A stretch of DNA of 64,000 nt from Candidatus Krumholzibacteriota bacterium (GTDB lineage Bacteria; Krumholzibacteriota; Krumholzibacteriia; LZORAL124-64-63). Position 1 is the first letter of the stretch; each line of letters opens with the position of its first letter. A model generated the notes under the pieces. It was not told the origin of the DNA and made no database searches. It worked only from the letters and a program-made list of their open reading frames with translations. The translations under genes were made by a program, and so were the position numbers. Shown here in pieces: positions 47,837-57,624 of this stretch. Where the stretch lies: contig JBDLKA010000002.1 in NCBI GenBank assembly GCA_039714075.1, positions 37,234-101,233 on the forward strand. Reading direction: 5' to 3'.

Positions 47837-49609
47837 TTGAGCCGACGCGATCCCCATTCCTTCAGCGACCTGTCCCAGGGCAGGGTCACCAGCATGGACC
47901 TCGATCTGAACGTGGATTTCTCTTCCAGCCGTATCGAAGGCACCGCCACGCTCAAACTCGAGTCGGCGTCGTCCGGGCCCCTGGACCTGGACACGAGGGA
48001 TCTCGAGATCAGGGGCGTCGCCGATGTCGCCGGAAACTCCCTGGAGTGGGAGATCGCCGAGAAGGACGATATCCTGGGCTCGTGCCTGCGGGTCAATCTG
48101 ACCGGAGCGTCGGATTCCTTTACCATCGATTACGCCACCAGCCCGACGGCCAGCGCCCTGCAATGGCTCGAGCCCGCGCAGACCGACGGCGGCAAACATC
48201 CGTACCTGTTCAGCCAGTGCCAGGCCATCCATGCCCGCAGCGTCATCCCCTGCCAGGATTCCCCCCTGGCGCGGTTCACCTTCACCGCCAGAATGACCGT
48301 TCCCGAGGATCTGACCGTGGTCATGGCCGCGGCTCCGGGCCAGGCGGCCGCGGGTGACAAGCCCGGCACCCGCAGCTTCAGTTTCGAAATGCCCCAGTCC
48401 ATTCCGCCGTACCTGTTCGCCTTCGCGGTGGGGAACATTGTTTCCGAGGATCTGGGCCCGCGTTCCCGAGTCTACACCGAACCGGAAACCCTGGAAAAAT
48501 CAGCCTGGGAATTCGCCGACGTCGACAAGATGCTGCTGGCGGCCGAGGATGTGTTCGGTCCCTACTTGTGGGATCGCTTCGACTTCCTGGTGATGCCGGG
48601 GTCCTTTCCCTACGGTGGGATGGAAAATCCCCGCCTGACCTTCCTGACCCCGACCCTGCTGGCGGGGGACCGGTCCCTGGTCAACGTCCTGGCCCACGAG
48701 CTGGCCCACAGCTGGACCGGCAATCTGGTCACCAACGCGACCATGGACGATTTCTGGCTCAATGAAGGGTTCACCGTCTGGGCCGAAAGGCGCATCCTGG
48801 AAAACCTGGACGGCCAGGAGGCCAAGTCCCTGGCGGCGGCCATCGGGCGCAACGGCCTGATGGAGGCCATGAACGCCTTCGGCATGGATTCGCCCTTCAC
48901 CCAACTGGAGACCGACAGCAAGGGTGCCGATCCGGACGAATTCTACTCGCTGGTGCCCTACGAAAAAGGCTATCTGTTCGTGGCTCTTCTCGAACAGGCC
49001 GCCGGCCGGGAGAAGTTCGACGCCTTCATCAAGAAGTACATCAAGCACTTCAGCTTCACTTCCATCACCACCGCCCAGTTCGAGGAGTTCCTCAACGCCG
49101 AGCTGCCGGGAATTGCAGAAGAGGTCCGGGCTGAAGAGTGGATCCACCAGGCCGGCCTGCCGGACAACGCGCCGGTGTTCGCGTCCGAGCGCCTGGAGAT
49201 GCTCCAGGGATCGGCCAAGGGTTGGTCCGACGGGGTCCGGCCCGATGTCGCCCAGGCCAAGGACTGGAGTCCCGAGGATTGGCAGATCTTCCTGCAGGCC
49301 CTGCCGCGCACCCTGCCCGGGGACGATTGCGCCTGGCTCGACGACAATTTCGGCCTGACCGGTCAGGGCAACAGTGAAATCCTCTGCAACTGGTTGATCA
49401 TCGCCGTGGGCAGCGGATACGAGCCCGTTTTCGAGCGCGCACGTTCCTTCCTGGGCGAGGTGGGCCGGATGAAGTACCTCAAGCCCCTGTACACCGTCCT
49501 GTACGAAAACGAGAAAACGAAGGACATGGCCAAGGAGATCTTCGCCGCCAACGCCGGCGGGTACCATCCCATCGCCAGGGGCGGGATCGAAAGGATCATG
49601 GCGGGCTGA
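47837..49609 (+). CDS. M1 aminopeptidase, leukotriene A4 hydrolase-like (cytoplasmic)
   Basis: DPHSF, FSQCQAIHARS, YGGMENP, HELAHSWTGN, WLNEGFT, PYEKG, GRMKYLKPLY; no signal peptide. Confidence 0.93.
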   Translation: MSRRDPHSFSDLSQGRVTSMDLDLNVDFSSSRIEGTATLKLESASSGPLDLDTRDLEIRGVADVAGNSLEWEIAEKDDILGSCLRVNLTGASDSFTIDYATSPTASALQWLEPAQTDGGKHPYLFSQCQAIHARSVIPCQDSPLARFTFTARMTVPEDLTVVMAAAPGQAAAGDKPGTRSFSFEMPQSIPPYLFAFAVGNIVSEDLGPRSRVYTEPETLEKSAWEFADVDKMLLAAEDVFGPYLWDRFDFLVMPGSFPYGGMENPRLTFLTPTLLAGDRSLVNVLAHELAHSWTGNLVTNATMDDFWLNEGFTVWAERRILENLDGQEAKSLAAAIGRNGLMEAMNAFGMDSPFTQLETDSKGADPDEFYSLVPYEKGYLFVALLEQAAGREKFDAFIKKYIKHFSFTSITTAQFEEFLNAELPGIAEEVRAEEWIHQAGLPDNAPVFASERLEMLQGSAKGWSDGVRPDVAQAKDWSPEDWQIFLQALPRTLPGDDCAWLDDNFGLTGQGNSEILCNWLIIAVGSGYEPVFERARSFLGEVGRMKYLKPLYTVLYENEKTKDMAKEIFAANAGGYHPIARGGIERIMAG

Positions 49610-49624
49610 CAAGCAGCTTCCTGT

Positions 49625-50590
49625 TCAACCGACAACCACTTCCCTGTCCTGGCCGGCGGAACGGTAGCAGGCGTCCACCACGCGCATCGTGGCCAGCCCG
49701 TCGGCCACGGTCACCGGAGGTGGGGTGCCTCCGCGTACCGCGGCCAGCCAGTCGGCCAGCAACGGCGGCAGGGTGGGAGAGGCCGCCGACACGTCGAACC
49801 GGTCCTCGTCCCTTCCGGTGCGCAGGATGATCCCGCCGTCGAGATAATCAGCCATGATCTGCCCCTCTTCTCCCACCAGTTCCAGCCAGCAGGCCCGGCT
49901 TTGGGTGTATTTGCTGACCTCGAAATGGGCCCAGCAGCCGTCGGACATGACGGCGCGCGCCAGGAACAGGTCCTCGACCACGGGATTTTGAATACGGGCC
50001 TGCCGGGAATCCACGGTCACGAATTCCGCCCCGGTCAGGTGCCGCGCCAGATCGAAGATGTGGACCCCCGTCAACAGGACGGATCCGCCCACGGTCTCGG
50101 CCGCATTGCGCTGCCAGGCAAGCGTGGTGGGGGCCAGGCGCTGGGCGAGCCGCACGAGATGAACCCGGCCCAGACTTGGCAGCAACTCGCGCACTTTCAT
50201 GATCACGGGGTTCCACCGCAGGGCCTGGGCGACCATGAGCGGGTGCGCCGCCGCCTGGTCCAGCGCCACCAATTGTCCGGCCTCCGCCAGCGTCCCGGTC
50301 ATGGGTTTTTCCAGCAGGAGGGGCTTGCCCGCCGCCAGCACGGCCGCGGCCAATTCGAAATGTGAAGAGGGCGGTGTGCAAACGACCACACCGTCAACCT
50401 CCGGGTCCGCGATCAGGTCGGCGGGTGCCGCGTGGTAACGGCAGCCGAACCGGTCGGCCAGCTTTTGTCCTTCAGCGCGGGTGCGCCTGCACAGGGCCGT
50501 CACCGACATCCCGGGCACGTCGTTGCCCGCATGGCGCACATAGCGCTCGCCGTGGGCTCCGGCGCCGATCACTCCGAGGCGAAAATCCAT
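49625..50590 (-). CDS. Gfo/Idh/MocA family oxidoreductase
   Basis: GVIGAG, VVVCTP...H, GKPLLLEKP, GGSVLLTGVHIFD. Confidence 0.92.
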   Translation of the reverse strand: MDFRLGVIGAGAHGERYVRHAGNDVPGMSVTALCRRTRAEGQKLADRFGCRYHAAPADLIADPEVDGVVVCTPPSSHFELAAAVLAAGKPLLLEKPMTGTLAEAGQLVALDQAAAHPLMVAQALRWNPVIMKVRELLPSLGRVHLVRLAQRLAPTTLAWQRNAAETVGGSVLLTGVHIFDLARHLTGAEFVTVDSRQARIQNPVVEDLFLARAVMSDGCWAHFEVSKYTQSRACWLELVGEEGQIMADYLDGGIILRTGRDEDRFDVSAASPTLPPLLADWLAAVRGGTPPPVTVADGLATMRVVDACYRSAGQDREVVVG

Positions 50591-50688
50591 GTCTGGTCCG
50601 TTTCTGGCAAAAAGCCCTTGCCGGTGCGGTCGCGCAGGGACGCGCGGCCGAACCCGGCAGTAGTCATCCTCCCGGAACGGATTCTAGC

Positions 50689-51363
50689 ATGAATAATCTT
50701 TCAAGGAAAAACACTCCCCTGACGGCGGTGATCCTGGTGGGGGCCATCCTACTCCTGAATCAGGGCGGGGCGGCGCTCGCGGATACCGACGACCCGCTGA
50801 TCATCAACGAGGTCCTGGCCGACCCGGCCAGCGACTGGGACGGTGACGGTGCCGTGGACTTCAAGAACGACGAGTGGATCGAGGTCCTGAACAACGGGAC
50901 CGCTCCCATCGATCTGTCCGACTACTACCTGCGCGACATCCTGGGCGAGGAACCCCACCTCAGGCTTACCGGAGTCGTGGATCCGGGAGAGGCGGCGATC
51001 TTCTACGGTTCGGATGCGGTCGCCTGGCAGACGGAGATGGGTTTGACGACGTCGGGCCTCAGTCTCAACAACGGGGGGGACCTGATTCAACTGCTGCGGG
51101 AATACCAGGGGCCCGACGGTCCCGCCATGGAATTGATGTTCGCCATCTCCTACGACGACCACGAGGCCGAGGACGACCGCTCCTGCGGTTTCAACCAGGA
51201 AGTCAGCGATTGGATCCTCTTCGACGCCATGAATCCCTACGGCGGAGCGTTGGAACCGGTTGGCACGGGGTGCTCACCGTCCCCGGGCGACCCCAACCAG
51301 TGCCGGGGCCCCGTGGCCGTCGAAGCCCGCTCCTTCGGTGCCGTGAAGGCTGTTTTCCGCTGA
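50689..51363 (+). CDS. Secreted lamin-tail-domain-like protein with short C-terminal SFGxVKxxFR tail
   Basis: Signal peptide (ALA-DT), LIINEVLADP...DEWIEVLNNG..PIDLSDYYL...LNNGGD lamin-tail pattern, DWDGDG Ca-binding-like loop. Confidence 0.8.
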   Translation: MNNLSRKNTPLTAVILVGAILLLNQGGAALADTDDPLIINEVLADPASDWDGDGAVDFKNDEWIEVLNNGTAPIDLSDYYLRDILGEEPHLRLTGVVDPGEAAIFYGSDAVAWQTEMGLTTSGLSLNNGGDLIQLLREYQGPDGPAMELMFAISYDDHEAEDDRSCGFNQEVSDWILFDAMNPYGGALEPVGTGCSPSPGDPNQCRGPVAVEARSFGAVKAVFR

Positions 51364-51411
51364 CCGTTATCCATCTTTCTTCTGCCGGGCCCACCCCGTG
51401 GCCCGGCATGC

Positions 51412-51450
51412 GGACGAGCCGGGAAAGGAGTCCCGGTTCGTCCTTTTTTT
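51412..51450 (+). terminator. Rho-independent terminator, preceded by a second hairpin at 51383-51408
   Basis: GGACGAGCCGGGA-AAGGAG-TCCCGGTTCGTCC followed by T7. Confidence 0.85.
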
Positions 51451-51615
51451 GGGGATTCGCACCGCAGCCTCGCCATGGGGGTTTTCCCGCCGTTCAAGGC
51501 CAAACCGGTTGATTTTTCTTTAATTATTGCCCTTGTTCCTGTAATCTGATTCGTCGTCGACAACCTGTTTCAAGGTCCCTGCCCCGGGGCTTTCCAGGAA
51601 TCCCCAGGAGTTGAA

Positions 51616-52755
51616 ATGCACCTCAATGAAAACCAGAAAATGATCCGGCAGATGGCCCGGGATTTTGCAAACTCCCGGCTGGCGCCCATCGCCCAGGAAA
51701 TAGACAGGACGGGGAAATTCCCGGAAGCGACGGTCAAGGAAATGGGGGAACTCGGATTTCTCGGCCTGGCCGTCCCCGAAGCCTACGGCGGCGTGGGAGC
51801 GGATATGACCAGCTACGCCCTGGTGGTCGAAGAGGTGTCCCGGGTCTGCGGCAGTCACGGCCTGACCGTGGCCGCCCACAACAGCCTCGGCTGCTGGCCC
51901 ATCGCGGCCATCGGTACAGACGAGCAGAAAAAACAGTTCCTGCCGCAGGCGGCCGCGGGCGAATCCCTGCTTTCGTTCGGCCTGACCGAAGCCGGGGCCG
52001 GCAGCGATGCCGGTGGAACGCGTTCCACCGCCGTCCGGGACGGTGACGACTGGGTGCTCAACGGCAACAAGATGTGGATCACCAATTCCCACTATGCCCA
52101 CGCCCTGATCATCACGGCCAAGACCGACCCCGAAGCCAAGGGCAGTCACGGCATCAGCGCTTTCATCGTGCCCACCGACACGCCCGGTTTCACGGTGGAA
52201 AAGAAGGAAGACAAACTGGGCATGCGGGCTTCCGACACAGCGCCCCTGACCCTGGAGGACGTCAGGATTCCCGGCGACTACCTGCTGGGTAAGGAAGGCG
52301 AGGGTTTCAAGTACTTCATGATGACCCTGGACGGCGGCCGCATTTCCATCGCCGCGGTGGCCCTGGGGCTGGCCGTGGGCGCCTTTGAAACCGCCCGCGA
52401 CTATGCCAAGGAGCGCGAGCAGTTCGGCCGTCCCATCGCCAAATTCCAGGCCATCGAATTCATGCTGGCGGACATGGCCACCCAGATCCAGGCCTCACGG
52501 CTTCTCACCTACGAGGCCTGCCGGCTGAAGGATGACGGCGAGGACTTCGGGCATCTGGCCGCCATGGCCAAGCTGCACGCCAGCGAAACGGCCATGTTCG
52601 TCACCGACAAGGCCATCCAGATCCTGGGGGGCTACGGTTACACCACCGAGTACCCCGTGGAACGAATGTATCGCGACGCCAAACTCTGCACCATCGGCGA
52701 GGGGACCAGCGAGATCCAGCGCCTGGTCATCGGCCGACGGGAACTGGCCGACTGA
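51616..52755 (+). CDS. Acyl-CoA dehydrogenase
   Basis: [63 protein letters not shown]. Confidence 0.96.
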   Translation: MHLNENQKMIRQMARDFANSRLAPIAQEIDRTGKFPEATVKEMGELGFLGLAVPEAYGGVGADMTSYALVVEEVSRVCGSHGLTVAAHNSLGCWPIAAIGTDEQKKQFLPQAAAGESLLSFGLTEAGAGSDAGGTRSTAVRDGDDWVLNGNKMWITNSHYAHALIITAKTDPEAKGSHGISAFIVPTDTPGFTVEKKEDKLGMRASDTAPLTLEDVRIPGDYLLGKEGEGFKYFMMTLDGGRISIAAVALGLAVGAFETARDYAKEREQFGRPIAKFQAIEFMLADMATQIQASRLLTYEACRLKDDGEDFGHLAAMAKLHASETAMFVTDKAIQILGGYGYTTEYPVERMYRDAKLCTIGEGTSEIQRLVIGRRELAD

Positions 52756-52770
52756 AAAGGAGACTGAAAG

Positions 52771-53958
52771 ATGAGCAACCGATCCGTGATCTGCGCCGCC
52801 GTCCGCACCCCCATCGGCAGGTTCCAGGGCGGGCTGGCCTCCATGCGCGCGCCCCAGCTGGGCGCCCTGTGCGTCAAGGCCATCCTGGAGAAGACGGACC
52901 TCGACCCCGCCAAGGTGGACGAGGTGATCATGGGCAACGTCTGCCAGGCGGGACTGCAGCAGAATCCCGCGCGGCAGGCCTCCATTTTCGCCGGAGTGCC
53001 GGCTTCCGTCAGCGCGATGACCATCAACAAGGTCTGCGGGTCGGGTCTGAAATCCGTGGCCCTGGCCGACCAGGCCATCCGCGCGGGGGACAAGGAGTGC
53101 GTCATCGCCGGCGGGTTCGAGAACATGAGCCAGATTCCCTACGCCCTGCTCAAGGCGCGTGACGGCCTGCGCCTGGGCGACGGCAAGGTGACCGACCTGC
53201 TGGTCCACGACGGCCTGTGGGACATCTACAACAACTACCACATGGGCATGACCGCCGAGTGGGTGGTCGATACCTACAAGGTCAGCCGCGAGGACCAGGA
53301 CGCCTACGCCGCCCGCAGCCACCAGCGCGCCGTCGCCGCCTGGGAGGCGGGCAAATTCGACGCCGAGGTCGTTCCCGTGGAAGTGCCCCGGCGCAAGAAG
53401 GATCCGGTCGTCGTCGCCCGGGACGAGGGCCCCCGGGGCGATGCCTCGGCCGAGGGGATGGCCAAGCTGCGGCCGGCCTTCAAACGGGACGGCGGGACCG
53501 TCACCGCGGGCAACGCCTCGTCCATCAACGACGGCGCGGCCGCCCTGCTGATCTGCAGCGAGAAATTCGCCAAGGCCAACGGCCTGCCCATCCGCGCCTA
53601 CATCGAAGCCGCCGCCACCGGCGCCGTCGAGCCCAACGAGGTGATGATGGCCCCGGTGACCAGCGTGAAGAACCTGCTGGCCAAGACCGGCAAGACCATC
53701 GGCGACTACGGCCTGTTCGAACTGAACGAGGCCTTCGCCGCCCAGAGCGTGGCCGTGGTGCGCCAGCTCGAACTGGACGAGGACAAGGTGAACGTCAACG
53801 GGGGCGGGGTCAGCCTGGGGCATCCCATCGGCTGTTCGGGAGCCCGCATCCTGGTGACGCTGCTGCACGCCATGGAGGACCGCGGCGTCAGCGACGGCAT
53901 TGCCAGCCTGTGCCTGGGCGGCGGCGACGCCGTGAGCATGGCCATTTCCATTTCGTAG
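52771..53958 (+). CDS. Acetyl-CoA C-acetyltransferase (thiolase)
   Basis: INKVCGSG (Cys), [15 protein letters not shown] (His), SLCLGGG (Cys). Confidence 0.97.
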   Translation: MSNRSVICAAVRTPIGRFQGGLASMRAPQLGALCVKAILEKTDLDPAKVDEVIMGNVCQAGLQQNPARQASIFAGVPASVSAMTINKVCGSGLKSVALADQAIRAGDKECVIAGGFENMSQIPYALLKARDGLRLGDGKVTDLLVHDGLWDIYNNYHMGMTAEWVVDTYKVSREDQDAYAARSHQRAVAAWEAGKFDAEVVPVEVPRRKKDPVVVARDEGPRGDASAEGMAKLRPAFKRDGGTVTAGNASSINDGAAALLICSEKFAKANGLPIRAYIEAAATGAVEPNEVMMAPVTSVKNLLAKTGKTIGDYGLFELNEAFAAQSVAVVRQLELDEDKVNVNGGGVSLGHPIGCSGARILVTLLHAMEDRGVSDGIASLCLGGGDAVSMAISIS

Positions 53959-53993
53959 AACCGAGCTGACCTTCAAGGGGAAAGGATCAAGAC

Positions 53994-54836
53994 ATGAAAG
54001 TTTCGGTGATCGGCGGCGGGACGATGGGCAACGGTATCGCCCAGGTCTTCGCCCAATGCGGCAACGACGTGAACCTGATCGACGTGAAGCAGGAGTACCT
54101 CGACCGGGCGATGGGTACCATCGAAAAGAACCTGGGCCGCATGGTCAAGAAGGAAAAGATCTCGCAGGACGACGCCACCGCGACCCTGGGCCGGCTGAAT
54201 CCGGTCACCGACATGCAGACCGCCGGCGACAGTGAACTGGTGGTCGAGGCGGTCTTCGAGAATTTCGCGGTCAAGAAGGAGATCTTCACCACCCTGGACG
54301 GAATCTGCGGGCCGAACACCATTCTGGCCAGCAACACTTCCAGCATCAGCCTGACCAAGATCGCCGGCGTCACCAAGCGCGCCGACCGGGTCATCGGGAT
54401 GCATTTCATGAATCCCGTGCCCATCATGAAGCTGATCGAGATCATCTGCGGGCAGGCCACCAGCGCCGAGACCCTGGCCACCATCACCAAGGTCGCCGAG
54501 GATCTGGGCAAGGTGCCCGTCACGGTGCAGGACTACCCGGGATTCGTCGCCAACCGGATCCTGATGCCGATGATCAACGAAGCCGTCTACTGCCTGATGG
54601 AAGGCGTGGCCGAGCGCGAGGCCATCGACACGGTGATGAAGCTGGGCATGGCCCATCCCATGGGCCCGCTGACCCTGGCCGATTTCATCGGTCTGGATAT
54701 CTGCCTGGATATCATGGAAGTGCTCTATGACGGTTTTGGTGACAGCAAGTACCGTCCCTGCCCCCTGTTGCGGCGAATGGTTGATGCAGGACATCTGGGC
54801 CGCAAGAGCGGCAAGGGCTTCTACGATTACGACTGA
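53994..54836 (+). CDS. hbd: 3-hydroxybutyryl-CoA dehydrogenase
   Basis: GGGTMGNGIAQV, ASNTSSISLT, GMHFMNP, PGFVANRIL, HPMGPL, GRKSGKGFY. Confidence 0.95.
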   Translation: MKVSVIGGGTMGNGIAQVFAQCGNDVNLIDVKQEYLDRAMGTIEKNLGRMVKKEKISQDDATATLGRLNPVTDMQTAGDSELVVEAVFENFAVKKEIFTTLDGICGPNTILASNTSSISLTKIAGVTKRADRVIGMHFMNPVPIMKLIEIICGQATSAETLATITKVAEDLGKVPVTVQDYPGFVANRILMPMINEAVYCLMEGVAEREAIDTVMKLGMAHPMGPLTLADFIGLDICLDIMEVLYDGFGDSKYRPCPLLRRMVDAGHLGRKSGKGFYDYD

Positions 54837-54862
54837 TCCGACCCGGACCCAAGGAGTGCGAC

Positions 54863-56005
54863 GTGCAGTTTGAATTCAATGAACAGCAGCGGATGATCCG
54901 TGACATGGCCCGCGATTTCGCCGCCCGCGAAATTGCGCCCATCGCCGCGGAGATCGATGAACAGGAAAAGTTCCCGGCCGAGGTCGTCAAGAAGATGGGC
55001 GAGCTGGGCTTCATGGGCATGAACGTTCCCGAGCAGTACGGGGGCGCCGGTCTGGATGCCGTGTGCTACACGCTGGCCATGGAAGAGGTCAGCAAGGCCT
55101 GTGCTTCCTGCGGCGTGATCATGTCGGTGAACAACAGCCTGGTCTGCTGGCCATTGGAAACCTACGGCAACGAGGACCAGTGGACCCGTTTCCTGGCCCC
55201 GCTGGCACGCGGGGAAAAACTCGGGGCCTACTGCCTGAGCGAACCGGGCGCCGGCACCGACGCCGCCGCCCAGAGCACGACCGCCAAGCAGGACGGGGAC
55301 GACTGGATCATCAACGGGATGAAGAACTTCATCACCAACGGGGCCAATGCCGACATCCTGATCGTGTTCGCCCAGACCGATCCCGAGCTCAAGCACAAGG
55401 GCATCCGGGCGTTCATCGTCGAGAAGGAGGCCGAGGGCTTCAGCGTGATCCGCAAAGAAGAAAAGATGGGGATCCGCGCCTCGGACACCGCCCAGCTGGC
55501 CTTCGACAACGTGCGGGTTCCCGCCAGCCAGGTCCTCGGTCCGGAAGGTTCGGGTTTCAAGATCGCCATGAGCACCCTGGACGGCGGCCGCATCGGCATC
55601 GCCGCGCAGGCCCTGGGCATCAGCGGCGCCGCGTATGATGCCGCCGTGGCCTATTCCAAGGAACGCGAACAGTTCGGCCGCCCCATCAGCAAGTTCCAGG
55701 CGATCCAGTGGAAGATCGCCGACATGGCCACGCGCCTGGACGCGGCCCGCCTGCTGACCTACCGCGCCGCCTGGGCCAAGGACCAGGGGGGACGGTACAG
55801 CGAGGAATCGGCCATGGCCAAATTGTTCGCCAGCGAGGCCAGCCACTACATCACCAACGAGGCTGTGCAGATCTTCGGCGGCAACGGTTATTCCAAGGAA
55901 TATCCGGTCGAAAGACACTTTCGCGACGCCAAGATCACGGAGATCTACGAGGGCACCAGTGAAGCCCAGCGCATGGTGATCAGCAGTATGGAGCTGAAGA
56001 AGTAG
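54863..56005 (+). CDS. Acyl-CoA dehydrogenase (short-chain/butyryl-CoA type)
   Basis: YCLSEPGAGTDA, INGMKNFITN, LDGGRIGIAAQALG, FRDAKITEIYEGTSE. Confidence 0.96.
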   Translation: MQFEFNEQQRMIRDMARDFAAREIAPIAAEIDEQEKFPAEVVKKMGELGFMGMNVPEQYGGAGLDAVCYTLAMEEVSKACASCGVIMSVNNSLVCWPLETYGNEDQWTRFLAPLARGEKLGAYCLSEPGAGTDAAAQSTTAKQDGDDWIINGMKNFITNGANADILIVFAQTDPELKHKGIRAFIVEKEAEGFSVIRKEEKMGIRASDTAQLAFDNVRVPASQVLGPEGSGFKIAMSTLDGGRIGIAAQALGISGAAYDAAVAYSKEREQFGRPISKFQAIQWKIADMATRLDAARLLTYRAAWAKDQGGRYSEESAMAKLFASEASHYITNEAVQIFGGNGYSKEYPVERHFRDAKITEIYEGTSEAQRMVISSMELKK

Positions 56006-56039
56006 GGGCGGGCTCTTCCCGCATGCCGGGGGATTTTTA

Positions 56040-57533
56040 TTGAAGAAAGTGCAAGCCCCTTTCTGGGGTCTGACAATCGCATATGCGGCGGCCTTCATGC
56101 TGCCGATATTGCTGTCCGAGGGTACCTTTCTCGACGGCTTGATCTATGCAATCCTGGCCCGGAACCTGGCCGCGGGGGTGGGTTCGTTCTGGGCCCCCCA
56201 TTTCAGCGTTACGACCCAAAACCAGTGGTTCGAGCATCCTCCCCTGGGGTTGAACATCCAGTCCGTGTTCTACCGTTTGCTGGGGGAGGGCGTTTGGGTC
56301 GAACAGGTCCACTCCCTGGTCACGGGCCTGGTTTGCGGTGTCCTCATCGTGGTGCTGTGGCGGCAGGTGACGGCCAGATACCGCCCCCTGCGGCCCCTCG
56401 TGTGGTTGCCGGTGCTGCTGTGGCTCATGAATCCCCAGGTGACCTGGGCCTTTTCCAACAACATGCTCGAAAACACAATGACCATCTTCACCCTGGCGGC
56501 GGTCATCATGTTGCTGCGCAGCTGCCGGGACGGACGATTCCGGGCCGTGGACCTTCTGTTGGGGGCGGCGGCGATCGTGGCCGCGTTTTTCACCAAGGGA
56601 TTTGCCGGCCTTTTTCCGCTGGGAACACTACTGGCCTACCAGATCGGAACGGGACAGCCCGGTTGGCGGCGGACGGCCGGCCGGACCTTTTTGCTGGTGG
56701 CCTGCGTGGCGGCCCTGGCGGCCCTTGTTCTGGCCATTCCCGCGGCCCGGCACAACATCGGTCAATATCTCGACATCCAGTTTCTTTCCTCCCTGAAAGG
56801 TGCGCGGGGTGATTCGGGCAACCGTTTCATCTATCTGAGCAAACTTCTCAACACGCTTTTGCCCATGCTCGGCGCGACCTTTCTGGTGGCCCTTCTGGGT
56901 TGGCGCAAACGGGTCTTGTCGGCAGTGGGAAAAGAGCACCTCGGCTGGGCGCTGACCTTTCTGCTCCTGGCCCTGGCGGGCTCCGTTCCCCTGGTTGTCA
57001 GTCCACGCCAGTCCGTATTCTACGTGCTGACCTCGTTCCCGTTCTACGGAATGGCGGCCGCCCTGTCGGTGGCCGGGATCGTAGCCGAGCTCGTCGGTCG
57101 GCTGGAGGCCCGTCCCCGGATGCTGCGGGTCATGCAGGTCGTCGCCGTCCTGCTGCTGGTGGCGGCCACCGGTTTGTCCGCCACCAAAATCGGCACCTAC
57201 AACCGGTCCGAGACCTTGACGCGGGACGTCAAGGTCATTGGCGCCTATGTGCGTTCCGCCGTGGAGGCTCCCGCCGGCAGTGAATACGAGGTCGGTGTCT
57301 GCCGTCGCTTGTGGACGGACTGGCCCCTGGAATCCAACCTCGCCCGGTATCATCGCCTCGCGATGGCCCGCAACGATTCCACCATGCCCTTCGTCCTCGT
57401 CCTCGGTGGCTGCGCGGACGACCTCGGCGCGGACTACCAACGCGTGGACCTGGCCACGGGCGAGTACGATCTGTATGCCCGGCGGACCTCGCCGCAACCC
57501 GCTGGCGGCCCCGGATCAGGGGCTGGGAAATAG
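56040..57533 (+). CDS. ArnT/PMT-like (GT83/GT39) membrane glycosyltransferase
   Basis: DGLIYA..ARN, FEHPPL, FTKG motif, many hydrophobic segments. Confidence 0.75.
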   Translation: MKKVQAPFWGLTIAYAAAFMLPILLSEGTFLDGLIYAILARNLAAGVGSFWAPHFSVTTQNQWFEHPPLGLNIQSVFYRLLGEGVWVEQVHSLVTGLVCGVLIVVLWRQVTARYRPLRPLVWLPVLLWLMNPQVTWAFSNNMLENTMTIFTLAAVIMLLRSCRDGRFRAVDLLLGAAAIVAAFFTKGFAGLFPLGTLLAYQIGTGQPGWRRTAGRTFLLVACVAALAALVLAIPAARHNIGQYLDIQFLSSLKGARGDSGNRFIYLSKLLNTLLPMLGATFLVALLGWRKRVLSAVGKEHLGWALTFLLLALAGSVPLVVSPRQSVFYVLTSFPFYGMAAALSVAGIVAELVGRLEARPRMLRVMQVVAVLLLVAATGLSATKIGTYNRSETLTRDVKVIGAYVRSAVEAPAGSEYEVGVCRRLWTDWPLESNLARYHRLAMARNDSTMPFVLVLGGCADDLGADYQRVDLATGEYDLYARRTSPQPAGGPGSGAGK

Positions 57534-57624
57534 CGGGTTTTTGTGCTAGGATGCCACCGCCGAGGGTTTCCAGGATCAGTCTTCCTACCCGCAATCCTTT
57601 TCTCCCAGCGAACAGGAGCGCTCC

